Part shown: positions 18,334-27,894 of the stretch, one piece after another | How positions within the stretch are numbered: position 1 is the stretch's first letter | How the letters are laid out: every line of letters begins with the position of its first letter | The notes under the pieces: generated by a model | Seen by the model: only the letters and a program-made list of their open reading frames with translations | Told to the model about the DNA's origin: nothing | Databases searched by the model: none | Made by a program: the position numbers and the translations under genes | Assembly (NCBI GenBank): GCA_947586055.1 | Contig: CANPXL010000012.1 | Location: forward strand, 774 to 64,773 | Source of the DNA: an uncultured Acetatifactor sp. | GTDB lineage: Bacteria > Bacillota > Clostridia > Lachnospirales > Lachnospiraceae | Reading direction: 5' to 3' | DNA length: 64,000 bases

Positions 18334-19698
18334 TTACGCCAGACTTCTCACATACTCCTTGAAAATGTCGCCCCGTTCTTCGTAGTTGCGGAACATTCCC
18401 CAGCTGGCGCAGGCCGGCGACAAAAGCACCGCGTCCCCCTCCTGTGCCAGCTCCGTGCAGAGCCTCAGGCATTCTTCGTAAGTGTCCGCAAACCGGATCC
18501 TGTCAAAGCCGTGTTTTCTGGCGCAGGCCGCGATCTTCTCCCGTGTCTGGCCGATGAGCACCAGCCACTTCACCCTGCCGCCAAAGCTTTCGATCCACTC
18601 GTCATACTCGCTTCCCTTGTCATAGCCCCCGCCGATGAGCACCGTCGGTCTGCTCATCGCCCGGATCCCCTGAATGGCCGCGTCCGGATTCGTGCCTTTG
18701 GAGTCGTCGTAATAATCCACCCCGCCCTTTGCGGCCACAAATTCGATCCGGTGTTCCACGGCCCGAAACTCCTTTATCACCCGCAGCGAGGTTTCCGTGG
18801 GAACACCCATTCCGTCCGCGACGGCAATGGCCGCCATCACGTTCTCCACGTTGCACATCCCCACAAGCTTCATGCCGCTTCGGATATTCAGAAGCTCCCG
18901 CTCCGTTCCCCGCATGCGGCGGACGATGGTTTCTCCCCGCAGGAAATATCCCTCGTCAAGTTCCCTTGCGGAGGAAAAATACACTGCTCTGGCCGGGCAT
19001 CTTGCGCCGAACTGGCGGGTGTATTCGTTTTCATAGTTCAGGACGCATATATCGTCCTTCGTCTGGTTCAGGGTAATGTTTTCTTTCGCCGCCACATAGG
19101 CCTCCATGGTATGATGACGGTTCAGATGGTCCGGCGTGATGTTCAGGATCGCCGACACCGCCGGATGAAAATCATGGATCGTCTCCAGCTGGAAAGAGCT
19201 GATCTCCCCCACGGTAACGGTGTCCGGCGCCGTCTTCAGACACTCGGAGGTATAGGGATTCCCGATGTTCCCCACCACAAACACCTTATCTTTTCCGAAG
19301 TGCGCCTCCATGATTCTTCCCACCAGAGTCGTTGTGGTGGTTTTCCCGTTGGTGCCGGTAATGGCGGCCACGCGCCCCTTCTCTTCCCGATAGCCCAGCT
19401 CGATTTCCCCGATGACGGATGCGCCGCGCTCCCGAAGGGCATTCACCAGCGGAATGTCCACGGGCACGCCGGGGCTTAACACCACCGTCTGCGTCCCGGA
19501 AATCATCTCCTGCGGCAGCTCCCCCGCCACACAGCGCGCCCTGCTCCCCTCGGGAAGCTTCGCTTTGATCTGCTCCGCCGTAAGATTTTCGCCGCTGTCA
19601 TACAGCGTCACGTCCGCTCCCATACGTTCCAGCAGCGCCACACTCCCCACGCCGCTGATTCCCGATCCGATCACCAGACATTTTTCACCCGATCTCAT
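18334..19698 (-). CDS. murD: UDP-MurNAc-L-Ala:D-Glu ligase
   Basis: ITGTNGKTTTT, EISSFQL, NITPDHLNRH, DDSKGTN, LLSPACASW. Confidence 0.96.
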   Translation of the reverse strand: MRSGEKCLVIGSGISGVGSVALLERMGADVTLYDSGENLTAEQIKAKLPEGSRARCVAGELPQEMISGTQTVVLSPGVPVDIPLVNALRERGASVIGEIELGYREEKGRVAAITGTNGKTTTTTLVGRIMEAHFGKDKVFVVGNIGNPYTSECLKTAPDTVTVGEISSFQLETIHDFHPAVSAILNITPDHLNRHHTMEAYVAAKENITLNQTKDDICVLNYENEYTRQFGARCPARAVYFSSARELDEGYFLRGETIVRRMRGTERELLNIRSGMKLVGMCNVENVMAAIAVADGMGVPTETSLRVIKEFRAVEHRIEFVAAKGGVDYYDDSKGTNPDAAIQGIRAMSRPTVLIGGGYDKGSEYDEWIESFGGRVKWLVLIGQTREKIAACARKHGFDRIRFADTYEECLRLCTELAQEGDAVLLSPACASWGMFRNYEERGDIFKEYVRSLA

Positions 19699-19738
19699 TT
19701 CCGCTTCCTCCGTCTGTTTTCCCGTCCCTCTCCCCGCG

Positions 19739-20695
19739 TCAGTACGCGGCCAGCGCCGCCAGACACATCAGCGCCGTGACAATGGAAAATACAGCTGTTA
19801 TTTTATTTTCAGACCAGCCGCACAGCTCAAAATGATGATGCAGCGGCGCCATCCGGAAGATGCGCCTGCCGCCGCTGATCTTATAGAATCCTACCTGAAC
19901 GATCACGGAGAGCACCTCCGCCAGATAGACGATCCCAACGATCGCCAGATAAAGGGGCATCTGCATCATATAGCCGCAGGCCGCCACAAACCCTCCCAGC
20001 GCCAGAGACCCCGTGTCTCCCATGAACACGGACGCCGGATGGGTATTGAAGAGCAGAAACCCCAGCAGCGCCCCCGTCACCGCGCAGGTGACCGGCTCGA
20101 TCCCGTAGTGGCCGCCGACGGCCGTCACGGTGAAAAACACCGATACGATAGCCGTGACGCTTCCGGCCAGCCCATCGAGACCGTCCGTGAAATTCACGCC
20201 GTTCGCCGTTCCCAGCACCACGAAGAACAGAAGGGGCAGGCTCCACGCGCCCAGATCCAGATAGGTGTCCGGAAGAAACGGGACCCTCATCGCCAGACTT
20301 ACGTCCGTGTAATGCGTCAGATAAAAGGCAAACACCGCGGTGACAAGCATCTGCGCCCCGAATTTCTGAAGGGGCGTAAGCCCCAGAGAACGCCTGCATA
20401 CCACCTTGATGTAATCGTCCAGAAAACCGATCATGCCGAACCCCAGCGTCAGGAACAATACCGGCGCCATTCTGGGATAGCCGTTCAGAAAAGGCACGCA
20501 GGCCGCCACCACGCCGAAAAGGATCAGCAGGCCGCCCATGGTGGGCGTTCCGGTCTTTTTCAGGTGCGTGGCCGGTCCGTCGTCCCGGACCGTCTGACCG
20601 CATTTTATCTTCCGCAGAAAGGGGATCACCAGCGGTCCCGCCAGCGCGCTCAGGGAAAAAGACGCGAGAACGGCCATCACACTAACTCTGCTCAT
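19739..20695 (-). CDS. mraY: phospho-MurNAc-pentapeptide transferase
   Basis: KKTGTPTMGG, GFLDDY, NFTDGLDGLA, FMGDTGS, MAPLHHHFE. Confidence 0.96.
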   Translation of the reverse strand: MSRVSVMAVLASFSLSALAGPLVIPFLRKIKCGQTVRDDGPATHLKKTGTPTMGGLLILFGVVAACVPFLNGYPRMAPVLFLTLGFGMIGFLDDYIKVVCRRSLGLTPLQKFGAQMLVTAVFAFYLTHYTDVSLAMRVPFLPDTYLDLGAWSLPLLFFVVLGTANGVNFTDGLDGLAGSVTAIVSVFFTVTAVGGHYGIEPVTCAVTGALLGFLLFNTHPASVFMGDTGSLALGGFVAACGYMMQMPLYLAIVGIVYLAEVLSVIVQVGFYKISGGRRIFRMAPLHHHFELCGWSENKITAVFSIVTALMCLAALAAY

Positions 20696-22433
20696 TGTCT
20701 AGATTATACTCCTTAATTCCCAAATACGGAAGAATATTTTCAAAAAGCTGCCGGACGATGGGCGCCGCAACCTGCCCGCCGTAATAGACGCCCTGGGGAT
20801 TGTTCACGATGGCAAGCGCCATGACCTGAGGATCGTCCGCCGGCGCAAACCCGATAAAGGATGCGATGTATCTGCCGCTTCCCCTTGGAAGGGTCTGGCT
20901 CGTGGCGGTCTTTCCGCCTACCCGGAAGCCCTCTACGGCGCCGTTCTTCCCGGAGCCCTCCGACACCACCATCTCCAGGATGCTGCGCATCTGCGCGCTG
21001 GTCTCTTCGGAGACGATTCCCTTTTCCACAGGATAGGAAAAGTCCTCCAGCGTATTTCCGTCCTCGTCCAGCGTCCGGACGCCGAAATGGGGCGTGACCC
21101 TCCTTCCGCCGTTTACGATGGAAGCTGCCGTGGTCAGGAGCTGAACGGGGGTGATCTGAAAGGACTGGCCGAAAGCTACCGTGGCGAGCTCCACATTTCC
21201 CATGTCTTCCATCCGGTGCATGATCGTGCCCGCCTCCCCCGGCAGATCGATGCCCGTCTTCTTCTTCAGCCCGAACCGCTCGAAATAGCTATAGTAACGC
21301 TCCACGCCGAGACGGAGCCCCACGGTGATAAACACCGGGTTGCAGGAATTCATGGTGGCGTGGACAAAATCCTGGGAACCGTGCCCCGCTGTCTTGTGAC
21401 AGCGGATCCGCCTGTCATCCACCACGATATATCCGGGACAGCTGAACGTGCTCTCCGGCGTGACCACGCCTTCCTCAAGCCCCGCGGCGGCGGTGATGAT
21501 CTTAAAGGTGGAGCCGGGTTCATAAGTATCGTTGATGCACCCGTTTCTCCACATAGCGTTCAGCAGATCCTGCCGTTCCTGCTCCGAAAGATCCGCCGGC
21601 GCGCCCTCCGGCAGCCGGTAGGGATCGTTCAGATCAAATTCCGGCACGTTCACCATCGCCAGCATCTCCCCGTTTTGGGGATTCATCACAAGAATGGACA
21701 CGCTGTCCGCCTGCTTTGCGGCCATGGCCTGCGCCGCCAGCTGGGTGGCGTAGGACTGAATGTTCATGTCCATGCTGATCACAAGATCGTTTCCGTTCAC
21801 GGGTTCCACCCTGCGCTCCCCCGCGGCTTCCATCTCCAGCCCCGCCGCGTCCGTGACGGTAAGGATACTTCCGGGCGTCCCCTTCAGCACTTCCTCATAT
21901 TTCACCTCAAGACCGATGATGCCCTGATTGTCGCCGCCCGTAAAGCCCAGCACCTTGCTGGCAAGTTCCTCATAAGGATAATAACGCCTGTAATCTTCGT
22001 CTACCTTGACACCCTCCAGATCATATTCCCGGATCCGGTCGCCCAGCGTCTTCTCTACGTTGCTTTTGACCCGCTCCATGGAGGAATATTTCTCCACTCT
22101 GGCGCGCACATATTCTTCGGAAAGTCCCAGCTCCCTGCTGAGCACTTCGATCACCTGCTCGGGATCCTTCACCTGATTATGTATGACGGACACGGTGCAG
22201 ACCGTCCGGTTATCCGCCAGGACTTTGCCGTTCCGGTCGAGGATACGCCCCCTTGCCGCCTTGATGCTCCTCTCTCTCTCATGGAGCTGCGTCGCCATCT
22301 GGGAATAATGCTCCGCCTGAAAGACGCAAAGATAAATCAGCCTTCCAAAGAGCGCCAGCAGAATGACCGTGCATAGCACAAACACCGTCAGGATCTTTTT
22401 CCGGTGGAAGATTCGGTTGTTGTCCGTCAGCAT
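20682..22433 (-). CDS. class B penicillin-binding protein, SpoVD-like
   Basis: RGRILDRNG, EPGSTFK (SxxK), SCN (SxN), KTA in place of KTG; between the other PBP and mraY. Confidence 0.88.
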   Translation of the reverse strand: MLTDNNRIFHRKKILTVFVLCTVILLALFGRLIYLCVFQAEHYSQMATQLHERERSIKAARGRILDRNGKVLADNRTVCTVSVIHNQVKDPEQVIEVLSRELGLSEEYVRARVEKYSSMERVKSNVEKTLGDRIREYDLEGVKVDEDYRRYYPYEELASKVLGFTGGDNQGIIGLEVKYEEVLKGTPGSILTVTDAAGLEMEAAGERRVEPVNGNDLVISMDMNIQSYATQLAAQAMAAKQADSVSILVMNPQNGEMLAMVNVPEFDLNDPYRLPEGAPADLSEQERQDLLNAMWRNGCINDTYEPGSTFKIITAAAGLEEGVVTPESTFSCPGYIVVDDRRIRCHKTAGHGSQDFVHATMNSCNPVFITVGLRLGVERYYSYFERFGLKKKTGIDLPGEAGTIMHRMEDMGNVELATVAFGQSFQITPVQLLTTAASIVNGGRRVTPHFGVRTLDEDGNTLEDFSYPVEKGIVSEETSAQMRSILEMVVSEGSGKNGAVEGFRVGGKTATSQTLPRGSGRYIASFIGFAPADDPQVMALAIVNNPQGVYYGGQVAAPIVRQLFENILPYLGIKEYNLDNEQS

Positions 22434-22487
22434 ACAAGACCTCTGAAAAAGGTGTTGATATACTCTATTCCCGATTTTATGAGGTTA

Positions 22488-24662
22488 TTACTGAATGTCG
22501 GGATTTATGGGGACATCGGTATCCACCGTATCGGATCCGTCATCGGCCCCGCCGTCTCCTTCTCCCTCCGGAGCCTGACCGTTCCCTTCTCCCCCGGGGG
22601 TCTGGCCGCTGCCCTCTCCCTCCGGGGCCTGACTGTCCCCTTCTCCCCCGGGAGTCTGGCCGTCCCCTTCCGGCGTCGTTTCGTAATAGGTGTTCTCCAG
22701 ATTCAGCTGATCCAGCTCCGCCTGTTCCTCTGCGGTGACGTCCACGGTCATGAAAATATTCAGATAGGGAAGCGCTTCCGTAAGGATGCTTCTCACAATG
22801 GCGGTGGCGTACTTTGCGTCTCCCTGATGGGATTCGTTGGGCCTGTCCACCACAACGTAGATCGCGATCTGGGGGTCCTCCGCCGGCGCGTAGCCGATAA
22901 AGGATACCACATGATCCGTCTCCGAACGCTTGTGGGTCACGGGATCGATCGTCTCCGCCGTTCCCGTCTTCCCGCCGATCTTATATCCCGCGGGCCGTGC
23001 CGTCCCGCCGGTTCCGTACTCCACCACGGCGTTGCAGTACTGCCGGATCAATGCGGACGTGGATTCGGACACGGTCTGCTTCAGCACCCGGGGCTCGATG
23101 TTTTTCACGGTGGCGCCGCTGGAGTTTGTGATGCGGTCCACCATATGGGGCTCATAATAACTCCCGCCGTTGATCAGGGAGCAGAAACCGGTGATCATCT
23201 CGATCATGGTCACGTTGAAATTCTGTCCAAAGCTGTTGGTGGCAAGGTCCGTGGGGCCCATTTTGTCCGCGGTGTAGACCAGGCTCGCCGTCCGCGCCTC
23301 TCCCGCCAGGTCAATGTTGGTGCGGAGTCCGAAGTTAAAGATCCGCTGGTACTCCACAAAATTCTCCGCCCCGATTGTCTGCGCGATCTTCATCATGCTC
23401 ACGTTGCAGGATTTTGCAACGGCCCTCTCAAGGGTCATCAGGCCGTCGTTTTTGTTGTGGCAGTGGATGGTATATCCTCCCACCTCCAAAGCGCCGTTGC
23501 ACTCGAAGGTGGAGTCCGGCGTGATCGTCCCCAGCTCCAGAGCCGCGGCAACCGTAAACGGCTTCGCCGTGGACCCCGGCTCGTAGGTGCCGGTAATGCA
23601 GTAGTTTTTCCAGAGGTTGTTCAGATTCAGATACACTTCGTCCTCGCTCATGGCGTCCAGCGTCTCCTGAGTGATGATGGTGCCGGTGTTTCTGATCTCA
23701 AAATAACCGGCGGCGTTCGTGATCTGTTCCACCTTTTTGGAGCCCAGAAGGCTCTGGGTATTGCGCACATCGTTCAGATCGTATCCGGGCGCGCTCGCCA
23801 TGGCGAGGATCCTTCCCGTGTTGACCTCCATGATAATACAGCCCACGTTGTCCGCGCCGTTTCCCGGCGTATTTTTGTCCTGGTGTTCCTCCATGAACTT
23901 CCGGAGATATTTTTCCACGATCATCTGCAGGTTCACGTCAAGCGTGGTATGGATGGTATTGCCGTCCACGGCCGCCTTTACCGTCCGCTCCAGCGCGAGG
24001 TCCTCGTTCATGTAGCCGTATTCTCTGCCGTTGATCCCGTTCAGGACGTCATTATAATATTCCTCCAGCCCGTAGCTTCCCTGATTGTCCGTGCTGGTAA
24101 AGCCGATTGCGTCCGCCGCCAGGGAGCCGTACGGGTACTGTCTCTGATACTCTTCCTCGAACCAGACGCCCCGGATGTTCGTATTTTTCTCCTGCGCTTC
24201 CAGAAAGCCGCTGATCTGGTCATATTCAAGCCGTTTTAAGGGCACATACCAGGACGAAGCGGGATGGGTCGTCACATACTCTCTGATCTGGCCCATATCC
24301 AGTTCAAAATTCTGGCCCAGCGCCTGCAGGGTGGGCTCCAGGTACTCTTCCTTCCCCAGCATTACCTTTGCGTCGATCACAAGGTTGTACACCTTCTGGC
24401 TGGTGGCAAGCCTCGTCCCGTGGCTGTCAACGATATCGCCCCGCCTGTAGGGAATGACAACGGAATCATACCGCTGCTGCGCCAGGACCTGTTTCTGGTA
24501 CTGGGTGCCGTTTTCCCGCACCAGATAAAAAAGTCTCGCGCTTAACCCGGCAAAAGCCAGCAGTACCAACAGAAACAGTACCACCAGCTTCTTCTGCATC
24601 TTTGCCGAAAATATTTTTTTCTTTTTCCCCCGTCTGCCCGCTTCCTGGCTGCCGTTTCTCAC
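22488..24662 (-). CDS. class B penicillin-binding protein, FtsI/Pbp2B-like
   Basis: RRGDIVD, EPGSTAK, SCN, KTG; acidic Gly/Pro repeat tail. Confidence 0.9.
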   Translation of the reverse strand: MRNGSQEAGRRGKKKKIFSAKMQKKLVVLFLLVLLAFAGLSARLFYLVRENGTQYQKQVLAQQRYDSVVIPYRRGDIVDSHGTRLATSQKVYNLVIDAKVMLGKEEYLEPTLQALGQNFELDMGQIREYVTTHPASSWYVPLKRLEYDQISGFLEAQEKNTNIRGVWFEEEYQRQYPYGSLAADAIGFTSTDNQGSYGLEEYYNDVLNGINGREYGYMNEDLALERTVKAAVDGNTIHTTLDVNLQMIVEKYLRKFMEEHQDKNTPGNGADNVGCIIMEVNTGRILAMASAPGYDLNDVRNTQSLLGSKKVEQITNAAGYFEIRNTGTIITQETLDAMSEDEVYLNLNNLWKNYCITGTYEPGSTAKPFTVAAALELGTITPDSTFECNGALEVGGYTIHCHNKNDGLMTLERAVAKSCNVSMMKIAQTIGAENFVEYQRIFNFGLRTNIDLAGEARTASLVYTADKMGPTDLATNSFGQNFNVTMIEMITGFCSLINGGSYYEPHMVDRITNSSGATVKNIEPRVLKQTVSESTSALIRQYCNAVVEYGTGGTARPAGYKIGGKTGTAETIDPVTHKRSETDHVVSFIGYAPAEDPQIAIYVVVDRPNESHQGDAKYATAIVRSILTEALPYLNIFMTVDVTAEEQAELDQLNLENTYYETTPEGDGQTPGGEGDSQAPEGEGSGQTPGGEGNGQAPEGEGDGGADDGSDTVDTDVPINPDIQ
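22548..22670 (-). repeat. 27-bp coding tandem repeat in PBP C-terminus
   Basis: EGDGQTPGG-EGDSQAPEG-EGSGQTPGG-EGNGQAPEG-EGDGG; alternating units give a 54-bp higher-order period. Confidence 0.85.
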
Positions 24663-24676
24663 GCTGCACCTCGTTT

Positions 24677-25180
24677 CTAACGGCTTTCATCCGTCACTTT
24701 GCGCATGTAGTCGTTCTTGACGCCGGAATAGGAAATGATCTGGCCCTCCTGCGCGTACGTCATCCCCAGCTCTCCTATGGCGATGCGTTTTACCTCTTCC
24801 AGATTGATGCTGTTTACGATCCTGTTGTACTCCTCGTCGTTTGCGATCCGCGCGCTGTTCAGTTCACTCTCCATCGACGCGACGCTCCTGGTCAGATTGG
24901 TCAGCTGCGCCTGCATCTGGATATAGTTTACAAGGATGAGCCCCGCCGCCAGAAGCGCCAGTCCCAGAAAGCACACATATCCGGCGCTCATGTGATGCGC
25001 CTTCTCACGGTTCTTTCTGACCTGGGGCCTGGGCTGTCTCCTGGGCTCCTCCAGTTCTCTTACGATCTCCTCCTGGCGCACGACGTTCCCGTAAACGTAT
25101 GCGCTGTGGTTTCCTTTTGTCCGGCGCGTCTCAGGGCGCGCTGTATGGGAAGTTCTGTTGTTTCCCCTGCTGTAGTTCAT
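24677..25180 (-). CDS. cell division protein FtsL-like
   Basis: Single TM then coiled coil, VKRIAIGELGM, position between rsmH and PBP. Confidence 0.75.
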   Translation of the reverse strand: MNYSRGNNRTSHTARPETRRTKGNHSAYVYGNVVRQEEIVRELEEPRRQPRPQVRKNREKAHHMSAGYVCFLGLALLAAGLILVNYIQMQAQLTNLTRSVASMESELNSARIANDEEYNRIVNSINLEEVKRIAIGELGMTYAQEGQIISYSGVKNDYMRKVTDESR

Positions 25181-25201
25181 GTTTCCGTTCCTGCTTTCCG
25201 G

Positions 25202-26149
25202 TTATTCTTCCATTCCTTTTTCAAACACTCTCAGTTTTGCGCTTCGGGACCGGCTGTTCTGCGCAAGTTCTTCCGCGCCCGGGAGAATGGGCTTTCTCGT
25301 CACGACTCTCCCTCTGCTCTTACGTCCGCACACACATACCGGAAAGTCCGGCGGACATGTGCATGGATTTTCGTTCCTTCTAAACGCCGTCTTTACGATC
25401 CGGTCCTCCAGCGAATGGAAGGTGATGACACAGATCCTTCCTCCCGGAGCCAGCAGACCGATCAGCCCGTCCAGCGAATCCTTCAGCGCCTCCAGCTCCC
25501 GGTTGCACTCGATCCGCACGGCCTGAAAGGTCTGTTTCGACGGATGTCCGTCCCGGCGCATCTTTGCGGGAATGGCCGCTTTGATGATATCGTTCAGTTC
25601 AAATGTAGTCTCGATGGGTTTCTTTTCCCGCGCCCGTACAATGTGCTTCGCGATGCCGGCCGCAAACCGTTCCTCCCCGTAATCCCGCAGGATCCGGTAC
25701 AGCTCTCCCTCGGAGTAGCCGTTTACGATGTCCCGGGCGGTAAGCGTCTGCCTGCGGTCCATCCGCATATCAAGCGGCGCGTCAAAGCGGTAGGAAAATC
25801 CCCGCTCCTGCGTATCGAGCTGGCAGGAAGAGACGCCGAGATCCAGCACGATGCCGTCAACCCGGTCCACGCCCATTCCCTTCAGCAGGCTTTCCCCGTT
25901 TCCGTAATTGTCTCTCAGAACGGTGACCTTGTCCCCAAAAGGGGCGAGCCGTTCAGCCGCGGCCCCGACAGCCGCATCGTCCCGGTCTATCCCGTACAGA
26001 TGTCCGCTCTGCAGCCGTCTGCACACCTCATAAGCATGGCCGCCTCCGCCCAGCGTGCCGTCCACATAGATACCGTCAGGCTTTACCTGAAGCTGCTCTA
26101 TCGTCTCCCGAAGGAGTACGGAGTAATGGTGAAATTCCATATCCGGCAT
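25202..26149 (-). CDS. rsmH: 16S rRNA C1402 N4-methyltransferase
   Basis: [48 protein letters not shown]. Confidence 0.97.
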   Translation of the reverse strand: MPDMEFHHYSVLLRETIEQLQVKPDGIYVDGTLGGGGHAYEVCRRLQSGHLYGIDRDDAAVGAAAERLAPFGDKVTVLRDNYGNGESLLKGMGVDRVDGIVLDLGVSSCQLDTQERGFSYRFDAPLDMRMDRRQTLTARDIVNGYSEGELYRILRDYGEERFAAGIAKHIVRAREKKPIETTFELNDIIKAAIPAKMRRDGHPSKQTFQAVRIECNRELEALKDSLDGLIGLLAPGGRICVITFHSLEDRIVKTAFRRNENPCTCPPDFPVCVCGRKSRGRVVTRKPILPGAEELAQNSRSRSAKLRVFEKGMEE

Positions 26150-26188
26150 CCTTTCCGTGGCTTTATCCTTGCATCAAAAGGGAGCGGA

Positions 26189-26620
26189 TCAGATCGTAAG
26201 TCCCAGATTCATCATCCCCTGTGATATCCTGTTGATATCCACCTGACTGCTGTTTGCGTTCCACCGGTCGAGACTCCATATCTCGATGCGGCCCCCCATT
26301 CCGGCCAGGACCACATCCTTCTCAAGTCCCGCAAAGTCCCGCAGATCCTGGGGCATCAGAATACGTCCCTGCTTGTCTACCGTTACGTTCATCGCGCCCG
26401 ACAGAAAAAAACGCGCGAACTGTCTTGCTTCCTCGTTGATCAGCGGCAGCGACGCCAGCTTTTCCTCAAAGACCTTCCAATCCCCTTCCGCATACACAAA
26501 CAGACAGCCGTCCATTCCCTTTGACACAACAAATTCTTCGCCCAGAATCTCGCGGTACTTTGAAGGAATGCTCAGCCTGCCTTTCGGATCGATCGTGTGA
26601 TTGTACCTGCCCATGAACAT
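26189..26620 (-). CDS. mraZ: division/cell wall cluster repressor MraZ
   Basis: MFMGRYNHTIDPKGRL, DKQGRIL, RIEIWS; GGTGGTG RBS. Confidence 0.96.
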   Translation of the reverse strand: MFMGRYNHTIDPKGRLSIPSKYREILGEEFVVSKGMDGCLFVYAEGDWKVFEEKLASLPLINEEARQFARFFLSGAMNVTVDKQGRILMPQDLRDFAGLEKDVVLAGMGGRIEIWSLDRWNANSSQVDINRISQGMMNLGLTI

Positions 26621-26669
26621 AGATAGCATCACCACCAGTCAAAGCGGGTCTGCCACAGGATCCGGCACC

Positions 26670-26770
26670 GATTTCGGACATTTTCAGGTCTTTCATCCCA
26701 CTTTATGGGTTTTCATGCCATTTCCATCCCACTTTTATAAAGATTTTAACATATATTTTAAAATTTTCAA
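26670..26770 (-). promoter_or_regulatory. mraZ promoter with candidate MraZ-binding repeats
   Basis: TTGAAA-16 bp-TAAAAT (TG-extended) at 26770-26743; AAAGTGGGAT twice, 31 bp apart, within ~10-bp periodic repeats. Confidence 0.65.
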
Positions 26771-26794
26771 GCGTTATTTTTTCGCGAAATGCCC

Positions 26795-26833
26795 AAAAAA
26801 AGGCGCTTTGAACGGATGTTCCAAGCGCTTTTT
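26795..26833. terminator. bidirectional terminator between lgt and mraZ
   Basis: A-tract, GCGCTT.GAAC / GTTC.AAGCGC stem, T-tract. Confidence 0.75.
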
Positions 26834-26860
26834 TCTTCCGAACCACAAGATATGGTATCA

Positions 26861-26907
26861 GGGGCGGCTGCGACACAGCACATTTATGGCTGTATCACAA
26901 CCGCCCC
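26861..26907 (-). other. 19-bp RNA hairpin downstream of lgt
   Basis: All 19 positions pair on the minus strand using three G-U wobbles; 9-nt loop; no U tract. Confidence 0.65.
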
Positions 26908-26942
26908 CCGTTTGAAAAAAATGAAAAAAATTTTTTAAAATC

Positions 26943-27803
26943 TTAAGATTTCCCTCTCATTCTGATCCTGACCGTCAGATCCGCCGCCACCGCAAACACC
27001 ACCATCACCAGCGAGAGAAGCTGTGACACCGGAATTGCGGTTCCGGGAATGAACAGGGTATCGGTCCGGATCCCCTCGATGAAGAAACGGCCCAGCCCAT
27101 AGCCGGCAAAGTACACAAGGCAGAGCTCCCCGTCAAATTTTTTGTGCCTGCGCCACAGAAGCAGCAGCACGAAGACGGCCAGATTCCAGAGACTTTCGTA
27201 CAGGAAAGTGGGATGGACGTTGATATAGTTTGCGCCCTCCGGGATGTGGGCCGCGATCTCTTCCGTGATATCCGCCCGATCCCTGACCGCCTCCACCGGA
27301 ATCTGCATGGAAAACAGGCCGTTGTAGTACCCGCCGAACACCTCCCGGTTCATAAAGTTTCCCCACCGGCCGATGGCCTGTCCCAAGATCAGCCCGGCGA
27401 TGGCCGTGTCTCCCATGAGCAGCGCCTTCTGTTTTTTTACTTTCGCATAGATGAACAGGGTGAGAAACGCCGCGATGACGCCCCCGTAAATGGCGAGGCC
27501 GCCCTGGCGGAGCCGGAACATCCGCAGCGGATCGTCCTTAAACTCGGACCAGGAAAAGATAATGTAGTAGATGCGGGCGCCCAGGACGGAAAAGATCACG
27601 GCGTACAGCGCGAAATCCCAGTAAAGCTCCGGATCCTGTCCGGACGTCTTCGCCAGACGGGCGGCCGTCAGGATACCCGCGAACACGCCCAGCACCACGA
27701 TCAGGCCGTAAAAATAGATGTCGAACCCAAAGACGGAAAAATGGGTGGGCACGTTTTTCAGATAAATTCCAAGATTGGGAAAAGCAATGTCTCCTGCGTT
27801 CAT
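26943..27803 (-). CDS. lgt: prolipoprotein diacylglyceryl transferase
   Basis: IYFYGL, GARIYY, GGLAIYGG, GRWGNFMNRE, HPTFLYES, RFFIEGIR; start moved to ATG 27803. Confidence 0.95.
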   Translation of the reverse strand: MNAGDIAFPNLGIYLKNVPTHFSVFGFDIYFYGLIVVLGVFAGILTAARLAKTSGQDPELYWDFALYAVIFSVLGARIYYIIFSWSEFKDDPLRMFRLRQGGLAIYGGVIAAFLTLFIYAKVKKQKALLMGDTAIAGLILGQAIGRWGNFMNREVFGGYYNGLFSMQIPVEAVRDRADITEEIAAHIPEGANYINVHPTFLYESLWNLAVFVLLLLWRRHKKFDGELCLVYFAGYGLGRFFIEGIRTDTLFIPGTAIPVSQLLSLVMVVFAVAADLTVRIRMRGKS

Positions 27804-27894
27804 TTTCCGGTCACCTTTCTGCTTCTTTCCCGCGGCTTTTTCCCGCAGTTTCTTTTCTCGGATCCTCTCCTGCAAAATCTTCCGGCAGGCCCTT

